Below are positions 49,345-55,738 of a stretch of 64,000 nucleotides of DNA, piece after piece. Location of the stretch: the NCBI GenBank assembly GCA_039922375.1, contig JBDSAA010000211.1, positions 25,305-89,304 on the forward strand, written 5' to 3'. Both the position numbers and the translations under genes were made by a program. The DNA is from Ferruginibacter sp. (GTDB taxonomy: Bacteria; Bacteroidota; Bacteroidia; Chitinophagales; Chitinophagaceae). The stretch's first letter is position 1, and each line of letters starts with the position of its first letter. The notes below the pieces were generated by a model that did not search any database, was not told the origin of the DNA, and saw only the letters and a program-made list of their open reading frames with translations.

Positions 49345-49380
49345 CAAAGATGCGATGGTTTGGAATCGCAAACAATAGCA
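49345..49380 (-). promoter_or_regulatory. Promoter of unit A (-33 TTG within TGCTATTGTT, 20-nt spacer, -7 box CAtcTTTG)
   Basis: Minus strand reads tgctaTTGtttgcgattccaaaccatcgCAtcTTTGtatcag. Units B and C have the same geometry and the same 10-mer. Confidence 0.6.
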
Positions 49381-49872
49381 TAAGCGCTTTGTTTTTCATC
49401 GGATAGCCAATGCTGCCCGTGTAGTGATAATTCTATACATTCAACTATGTCGGGCTATTTTACTTGTTTCCAGTCTTTATTGTAATGGTTATTTGGGAGA
49501 ACATTCCGGCGATACATTGCCCGGGATATTTCGTTTGATTAGGCAAAGCCAGGCTTAGAGGATAAATATCAGGAAATGCGATGTAGTAACTATACTTTGC
49601 AAAGGATAAAACCGTCAGTTTCGATTTGCTTTAACCTCAGTGGAAAAATTCTGTTTAGTATATCAACCTTGTTACCTTGTTTAACATTCGTAATAAGGTA
49701 ATAAGGTCCATCGCTCGTCTGATTTGTTTCTTTATACAAATCACTATTTTTTCCCTCGCGAAGTACAATTAAAATGGAGTTTTTGTTGTTCAGCATTTTT
49801 GTTATCAAAAACCGGATTGGCACAAGAGTTCATTGTGATAATATTTCCTGATTGAGTATGGAGGCGGCTACC

Positions 49873-49919
49873 TAAAAAAAAACTCCCACAGCTATTGGTT
49901 TTTCATAGCGTGTGGAAGT
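49873..49919 (-). terminator. Intrinsic terminator of unit B
   Basis: Minus strand reads ACTTCCACACGCTAT gaaaaacca ATAGCTGTGGGAGT followed by nine T. Confidence 0.8.
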
Positions 49920-50031
49920 CAGTCTAAAACCATTTTACCGGTTTTATGGGATCTTTTTAATTCTTTGAGGGGTTGCCTCCCAGAAAAAATTACCAAATAA
50001 TTTATTCCTGGTTTCAGTGTTTTAGGTCTTT

Positions 50032-50400
50032 TACCATCATCGCCTTGCGGCATAGGCTTAGGATATTGGATTCGTTCGGTTTTTTGGGTCATCATCGCTT
50101 TTTACAGCATAGCCCCGGTTGTTGGATTTTTTAGTTTTCTTTCGGTTTGGACTTGGTTTTTTTGAGTCATCATCGCTTTTTACAGCATAGTCCCGGTTGT
50201 TGGATTTTTTGGTTTTCTTTCGGTTTGGACTTTGGTTTTTTGAGTCATCATCGCTTTTTACGGCATAGTCTCAGGATGTTTAATTTAACTGGTCTTCTTT
50301 AGGATTTTTGATTCTTGGTTTTTTTGAGTCATCATCGCTTTTTATAGCATAGTCTCAGGATGTTGTTTTTTTGGTCTTTTTTAGGATTTAGGTTCTAAGA
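50032..50400 (-). repeat. Tandem repeat array of unit B (5 copies; starts near 50032, 50086, 50164, 50242 and 50326; periods 54, 78, 78 and 84 nt)
   Basis: The copies at 50086 and 50164 are nearly identical over 78 nt. All copies share the core gagtcatcatcgctttttacagcatagtc. Confidence 0.9.
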
Positions 50401-50430
50401 AGTGTCAGTATTACTCTTTCACTTCTGACA

Positions 50431-50466
50431 CAAAGATGCGTTGGTATTTGTTGGTAAACAATAGCA
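50431..50466 (-). promoter_or_regulatory. Promoter of unit B (-33 TTG within TGCTATTGTT, 20-nt spacer, -7 box CAtcTTTG)
   Basis: Minus strand reads tgctaTTGtttaccaacaaataccaacgCAtcTTTGtgtcag. Confidence 0.6.
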
Positions 50467-50721
50467 TTATCGCCCTTTTTTGCTCGTAGAGTAATTACTG
50501 CCGACGTAGTAACACTTCTATACATGCCGATGTAATACTACGTTCATGAGACAGGGATAATACGAGGATGGGTTAACATTATAGGAATATGAGTTGGCTG
50601 CGGCCGGCATTACTGTACTGACTCCCAATGAACTAACGCAGTAAAAGCAATATGGATAAAATTAAAGGCCAGTCCCTGGTGAATAATAAACGCCGGAAAA
50701 AAACGTACAGCATACAATGCA

Positions 50722-50763
50722 GAAAAAAAATTCCACGGCTTATAATTTATAGCCTGTGGAAGT
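50722..50763 (-). terminator. Intrinsic terminator of the 1203-aa histidine kinase gene
   Basis: Minus strand reads ACTTCCACAGGCTAT aaatta TAAGCCGTGGAA followed by eight T. The stem sequence matches the family seen in the unit A, B and C terminators. Confidence 0.8.
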
Positions 50764-50806
50764 AAATTTATTATTACAGGTTAAAAAAACTATTGTGAAA
50801 ATATTA

Positions 50807-53800
50807 TTAATAGTAATGCATCATCTTATCGCTTCCGTCGCTTACAGGGATTGTAAAGTGGAAAACACTTCCTTCCAATGGCACTGACTCTACCCATATT
50901 TTACCATGATGCAATTCTACTATTTTTTTGCAATGAGATAAACCTATGCCTGAGCCATGGTATTCTGTACGGGTATGCAGCCGCTGAAAAATAACAAATA
51001 TCCTTTCGCTGTGAACCTTGTCGATGCCAATGCCGTTATCCGCAAATGCAAAATTCCAATAGCCATCACTTTTATCCACCGTTATTTTTATTACCGGTGC
51101 TACACCAGGTTTGCTGAACTTTATAGCATTGATAAGCAGGTTTTGAAACAACTGCTTTATTTCCGTTGGATAACCACTGATGGTGGGTAATTCCTCCGAG
51201 ATAACTTCTGCTCCTGAATCGCCTATCGCTTTATAAAGATCTGCAAGAACATGTTGCAGAACCAGGTTACAATCTATGCTCTCCAGCTCTTTCATTGTCC
51301 CTATCCTTGAATAATCAAGCAAATCTTTTATAAGTGTTTTCATCCTGTCAGAAGAATCAATTATAAATTCGAGGTACTTATCAGCTTTTTCATCCAGCCT
51401 GCCCCGGTACTGCTGCTGAAGCAGTTTCACAAAGCTGGATGTAGTACGGAGCGGTTCCTGCAAATCGTGTGAAGCCACGTAAGCAAACTGCTCCAGTTCC
51501 ATATTTTTTCTTTTCAATTCCTTATTTTTTGACTCAAGCCTTGCTTCAGACTTTTGTAGAAGCGCCTCATCCAGCTTCCGCTTGGTGATGTCTGTGATCA
51601 TCGCGAGACCACCAATAAAATGATCTTCTTTATTTAAGATAGGTGAAGCCGATACACTCGTCCAGATAAGTTTGCCGCTTTTAGTTTTAAAAGGCAGGTC
51701 TATACTTTCTGATAACCCTGCCCTTCTTTTTTGCAAAGCAGGTATTATTATTTTCCTGTCGGCTTCTTCCATAAAATAAGTGATGTGTTTACCAACCATC
51801 TCTTCTGCAGAATACTCAAGTATCGCACACATATTTTCATTCACAAAGAGGCTAAAGTCGTTCTCATCTGTCACCCAAATACCCTCCTGAGCAGTTTCCA
51901 CTATCTGGCGGTAACGTTCTTCGCTAATTTTTAACCTGGCTTCCGCTTCTTTTCTTTCGCTGATATCTACGATCATTCCATCACATATCTCTTCCCCTGT
52001 TATCGGGTCTTCAAATAAAGAAATATTTTCTATCACATGCAATGGCTTGCCCTTCCCTGTCTTCAACACCACTTCCAAATTGTAGAGCTTTTTTTGTTCC
52101 CGTAGCGCTGATATTAAATTCCTTCTTTCGGTAGTTGTAAAATAAAACGCTGCGGCATTGGTTTGCAATACCTCCTGTGGAGACGCATAGCCAAGAATAT
52201 CCGCAAATGCCTGGTTACAAGTAATTATTTTACCCGCAATATTTGTTTGAAAAATTCCGGCAAGGTTGTGTTCGAATAAAGTGCGGTACCGACGCTCGCT
52301 TTCTGCCACATGCAGTTCTGTTTTTTTCCGTTCGGTAATGTCCACGATGGCGCCAATAACCCGAACAGGTTTTCCGAAATCATCCCGTATTACATAGGCT
52401 CTGTCCAATACAGTTCCATACACACCTTCTCTTATTTCATATCTAAATTCATTTTCCCAAAAGTTGACTGTATTTTTTCTTATTTTTCTAAGCCTTCCAA
52501 TAACAGTGTCCCTGTCATCCGGGTGTACTTTTTTAGTCCATTCATATAAATCCGGCACCGGCATATTTTTATCATAACCAAGCAGCTTAAAAAAGCCTTC
52601 ATTCCACCACACATCTTCAGTTAAAAGATTCCAATCCCAAATTGCGTCGTTGGTGGCTTGTGACAGCCTTTGAAATCTTTCTACAGATTCCCGGATATTT
52701 TTTTCGGCATTCCTTCTTTCAGTGATATCCCTAACGATGGTAATAACACGGCCATCAGAAAGCCTTTTCACTGTAATATCCACAGGGATGAGTGTTCCTT
52801 TTTTATTTAAAATATTTTTTTCAAAAGCTATCTTTTCACCTCTTAATAATTTTTGCTTACTGGCTTGGGTGGCCATTTCTGCTCCTAAAATAATTTCAGT
52901 AATATTAATTTGTCCGATTTCTTCCTTTGTATACCCCAGCAAATCACATCCACTTTGGTTGACATCTGTTAATTTACCATCGGGTGTATTTATAAAGATG
53001 GCATCCGATGCCTGCTCTACCAACGAGCGGTGTTTTTCTTCTCCTTCATTAATTAACTGTTCCGATTTCTTACGGGCAGTAATGTCCACCATTATACCTC
53101 TTAGAAATTGTGTGCCGTCCTCGTTTAAAATCACTGATACAATATCCTGCAACCATACAATACTACTGTCTGCCGCTATCATCCTGTATTCAAATTCATG
53201 CGATTTTCTTTCGCTGGTGTACTGCATGCAAATGGATACCGCTGTTTCCCTGTCATCCGGATGTATGTGGTTGGGCCAGAAAAGGGGCGACTCGATCCAT
53301 TCCGAAACAGGGTATCCAAGCAATGCCTCCGCACGTTTACTTACAAAACTAAATTGAAAGGTTGCCGCATTTGCTTCCCACACAATGCCATTAACAGTAT
53401 TTACAAGGTTTTGAAAATTTTGCTCAGATTTCTTTACCTGCTCTTCTACTATTTTCCTGTCGGTAATATCGTGCACAGACCCAATGATCATAATGCAATT
53501 GTTTTTTTCATCCAATACAGGATCGATCGTTACAATGCCCGTTTTAATACCGGTAGGATACGCTGTGGTTTCCTCCCAGTTCACTGTTTTTTTTTCTGTA
53601 GCTGCTTCTGTGTATTTTTCCAATGCAAGTTCCAGTGACGGAGATGGGATTACTTCTTCTATATATTTTCCCTCAACCTGTTTCCTGGATAAACCAGTAG
53701 TAGTTAAAAAAGAACTGTTTACTGAAACAAACTTAAACCGGCTGCTACTTTCTACGCTCAACATGAAAATGCTATCCACCACCGTGTTATAAATAAGGTC

Positions 53801-54418
53801 GAGCTGCCGTTCATTCAATAACAATGCAGCCTCCGATTTTTTTCTTTCTGTTATATCATTCACGATACCTTCTACTCTTATAAGCTTTCCCTCTGCAAGA
53901 GTTGGCACTGCTTTTACCTCTATCCATCTTATGGACAAATCTTTATGAATGATGCGGTAGGAATTTTTAATTGTTATTCCCAGGCATAACGGTCCATTTT
54001 CATTTTCAATTAAATGGCGGTCATCCGGATGAATTACCTGGTACCATAGTATATTGTTGTCATAGAAATCCTCAACGGTATAGCCGTAAATTTTTTCACA
54101 GCCAATAGACACTTGAATATACTTATTAGCGATAATATCCCTGGAAAAAAAGCCTTCGTTTACTTCGTTAAATATGTGGCTAAGTTTATCATGTTCTTTT
54201 TTATGCTCCTCGATTTCCTTCAATAATGTCTCATCCAATTCACCCAATTTAATTGTGCAGTCTTCCACAGAAGTTTGCAGCAATTGTATTTTATCATCAT
54301 ACCTATCAAATGTTTTGTTGATGGAAGCTATAAAACTTACGAAGGATTCAGGCAGTTCCGTTGCATCGCCCAAATATTTTTGTACCTGCTGTTGTAATAA
54401 TTTATTAAGCATAATCAA
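50807..54418 (-). CDS. Multi-PAS sensor histidine kinase (cytoplasmic, about 7 PAS/PAC modules, HisKA + HATPase_c)
   Basis: Repeated PAS-PAC modules ending in DITERK/DITKRK, H-box FAYVASHDLQEPLR, N-box QNLLINAIKF, G-boxes DNGIGI and GSGIGL. Confidence 0.9.
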   Translation of the reverse strand: MIMLNKLLQQQVQKYLGDATELPESFVSFIASINKTFDRYDDKIQLLQTSVEDCTIKLGELDETLLKEIEEHKKEHDKLSHIFNEVNEGFFSRDIIANKYIQVSIGCEKIYGYTVEDFYDNNILWYQVIHPDDRHLIENENGPLCLGITIKNSYRIIHKDLSIRWIEVKAVPTLAEGKLIRVEGIVNDITERKKSEAALLLNERQLDLIYNTVVDSIFMLSVESSSRFKFVSVNSSFLTTTGLSRKQVEGKYIEEVIPSPSLELALEKYTEAATEKKTVNWEETTAYPTGIKTGIVTIDPVLDEKNNCIMIIGSVHDITDRKIVEEQVKKSEQNFQNLVNTVNGIVWEANAATFQFSFVSKRAEALLGYPVSEWIESPLFWPNHIHPDDRETAVSICMQYTSERKSHEFEYRMIAADSSIVWLQDIVSVILNEDGTQFLRGIMVDITARKKSEQLINEGEEKHRSLVEQASDAIFINTPDGKLTDVNQSGCDLLGYTKEEIGQINITEIILGAEMATQASKQKLLRGEKIAFEKNILNKKGTLIPVDITVKRLSDGRVITIVRDITERRNAEKNIRESVERFQRLSQATNDAIWDWNLLTEDVWWNEGFFKLLGYDKNMPVPDLYEWTKKVHPDDRDTVIGRLRKIRKNTVNFWENEFRYEIREGVYGTVLDRAYVIRDDFGKPVRVIGAIVDITERKKTELHVAESERRYRTLFEHNLAGIFQTNIAGKIITCNQAFADILGYASPQEVLQTNAAAFYFTTTERRNLISALREQKKLYNLEVVLKTGKGKPLHVIENISLFEDPITGEEICDGMIVDISERKEAEARLKISEERYRQIVETAQEGIWVTDENDFSLFVNENMCAILEYSAEEMVGKHITYFMEEADRKIIIPALQKRRAGLSESIDLPFKTKSGKLIWTSVSASPILNKEDHFIGGLAMITDITKRKLDEALLQKSEARLESKNKELKRKNMELEQFAYVASHDLQEPLRTTSSFVKLLQQQYRGRLDEKADKYLEFIIDSSDRMKTLIKDLLDYSRIGTMKELESIDCNLVLQHVLADLYKAIGDSGAEVISEELPTISGYPTEIKQLFQNLLINAIKFSKPGVAPVIKITVDKSDGYWNFAFADNGIGIDKVHSERIFVIFQRLHTRTEYHGSGIGLSHCKKIVELHHGKIWVESVPLEGSVFHFTIPVSDGSDKMMHYY

Positions 54419-54512
54419 TCTTAGTCAACCTTTAGTTCAATGTTAATGACCTGTTGCATCTTTAAAAACATTCAAACTCATTTTTCAAAATATCTTATAA
54501 ATAAATTTTTAA

Positions 54513-54830
54513 TCAAATGCTCGTTAATGGTTTGTTCTCGAAGCCTGCAACCATTGGAATATTATCAGCATGTAGTTTATCATCAGGGTTAAAAGATGAG
54601 CTGAACATAATAGGCATATTGATATCCAGGGATATTAGCTCGGGATACTGCAAGTCCCGCATTTTATCATCAAGCTCTGCTGTGTCTATCAGATATTTCA
54701 ATGCCTTTTTACCACTGTCTTCTATTTGAATATGATGTGTGCATCCGGCTTCCTCCAATAGCATATTGTTGATAAAATTATTTGATTCATCATCATCAAT
54801 AAGCAGGATACAGTTTAATTTTTTTTTCAT
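54513..54830 (-). pseudogene. Degenerate stand-alone receiver. It has an internal deletion of about 27 aa and a premature stop relative to its two paralogs.
   Basis: MKKKLNCILLIDDDE...LDINMPIM then FSSSFNPDD...GFENKPLTSI*. The alpha3-beta4 segment present in the 142- and 156-aa paralogs is missing. The tail homologous to KLEAILEKY is interrupted by in-frame stops. Confidence 0.5.
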
Positions 54831-55260
54831 AATATTAATTTACCGTTCTCACAAATTTTTGAATTGCCAATCCACCTGTTCGCAGCCGATATTGTATAAC
54901 AGGTATCTCCTTTCCCTGGGAAACTGCAATGGCTTATCACCAGGCTCTGAAAAAGTAATTTTGATCTCTGTGGGGAGCGATTTAGAATGGGCAGCTTTGT
55001 ATCTTGACAGGCTGCATATGCCATTTTTGGGTTAAAAATTAAAAGAACTTATGCCTGGCCTCTCACTGATTCATTAGATGGAATCTGGTTGGTGGTTCAA
55101 TTATTACTTCGAGGCAAGTACGGAGCCATATGCAAATTCGCTATAAAAAGCGGAATAACGCAATCCCAACAGCATTATTTTCAACTGTTGCAAAGCCAGC
55201 AACCTAACTGTTTGACCCTCTTGATATGTCAGCGCAAAAGGGAAGTAAACAGCTGCTTTA
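54827..55260 (-). pseudogene. Remnant of a histidine kinase core (H-box to N-box region only)
   Basis: ORF 54827..55024 reads ...KLPILNRSPQRSKLLFQSLVISHCSFPGKG, matching ELPVIDGYPTEIKLLFQNLVINAIKFRKK of the intact kinases. DNA at 54937-54976 aligns with 59807-59846. An H-box remnant EFAYGSVLASK is followed by two stops near 55101-55139. The G-boxes are absent. Confidence 0.6.
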
Positions 55261-55309
55261 TAAACCGGACCATATCAGTTTCTATAAGCTATACATCAAC
55301 AGCCATTAC

Positions 55310-55738
55310 TTAAACAAATACAGATAATAAATATTTTTCTAAGATTGCTTCTAACTTTTTTGCTGTTAAAGGTTTATGCTCAAAACCTGAGATCTGCGGG
55401 AGGTTTGCTGCCTTCAATTCATCTTCAGGAAACAATGAAGTGGTGAGCATTACTACGATGGTTTTATCAGTGGTGTTTATTGCTTTATATTCCTCTAAAA
55501 ACTCCCATCCATTCATAGCCGGCATATTTATGTCAAGAAAGATAAGATTGGGCACAGGATAGTGACCACTATTATCTTTTTCCACCTCGCTCTTTGTTAA
55601 GTACTCCAATGCTTCAGCACCGCTTTCGGCAATTTTAATATGCTCCGTGCAACCTGATTCTTCAAGCATCATTCGGGTAAAAAAGTTGGTCGCCTCGTCA
55701 TCATCAATTACAAGTATGCAGTTCAATTTGTGTTTCAT
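55310..55738 (-). CDS. Stand-alone CheY-like receiver (no output domain)
   Basis: DDD acidic pocket, phospho-acceptor in FLDINMP, MLTTS, KPLT. Confidence 0.9.
   Translation of the reverse strand: MKHKLNCILVIDDDEATNFFTRMMLEESGCTEHIKIAESGAEALEYLTKSEVEKDNSGHYPVPNLIFLDINMPAMNGWEFLEEYKAINTTDKTIVVMLTTSLFPEDELKAANLPQISGFEHKPLTAKKLEAILEKYLLSVFV

Larger units (their letters stand above)
49873..50426 (-). ncRNA. Tandem-hairpin-repeat transcription unit B (candidate novel ncRNA, about 0.55 kb)
   Basis: The promoter (50431-50466) and terminator (49873-49919), both on the minus strand, enclose 5 tandem repeats and the conserved 3' domain. Confidence 0.65.

Noticed and set aside
49027-50400. The tandem repeats read as a CRISPR array (conserved core of about 31-35 nt alternating with variable segments of about 45 nt).
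   Set aside because: The segments between cores are homologous to each other (two are nearly identical) and are T/A-rich low-complexity sequence. The periods vary from 50 to 84 nt. Each array has only 3-5 units. Each array also has its own promoter, 3' domain and terminator, and no cas genes are present in the window.
50402-50431. The inverted repeat GTGTCAG...CTGACAC at the start of unit B as a conserved 5' stem-loop of the RNA.
   Set aside because: Its 5' arm overlaps the -7 box and predicted TSS, so it may not be fully transcribed. Units A and C have no equivalent pairing at that position.
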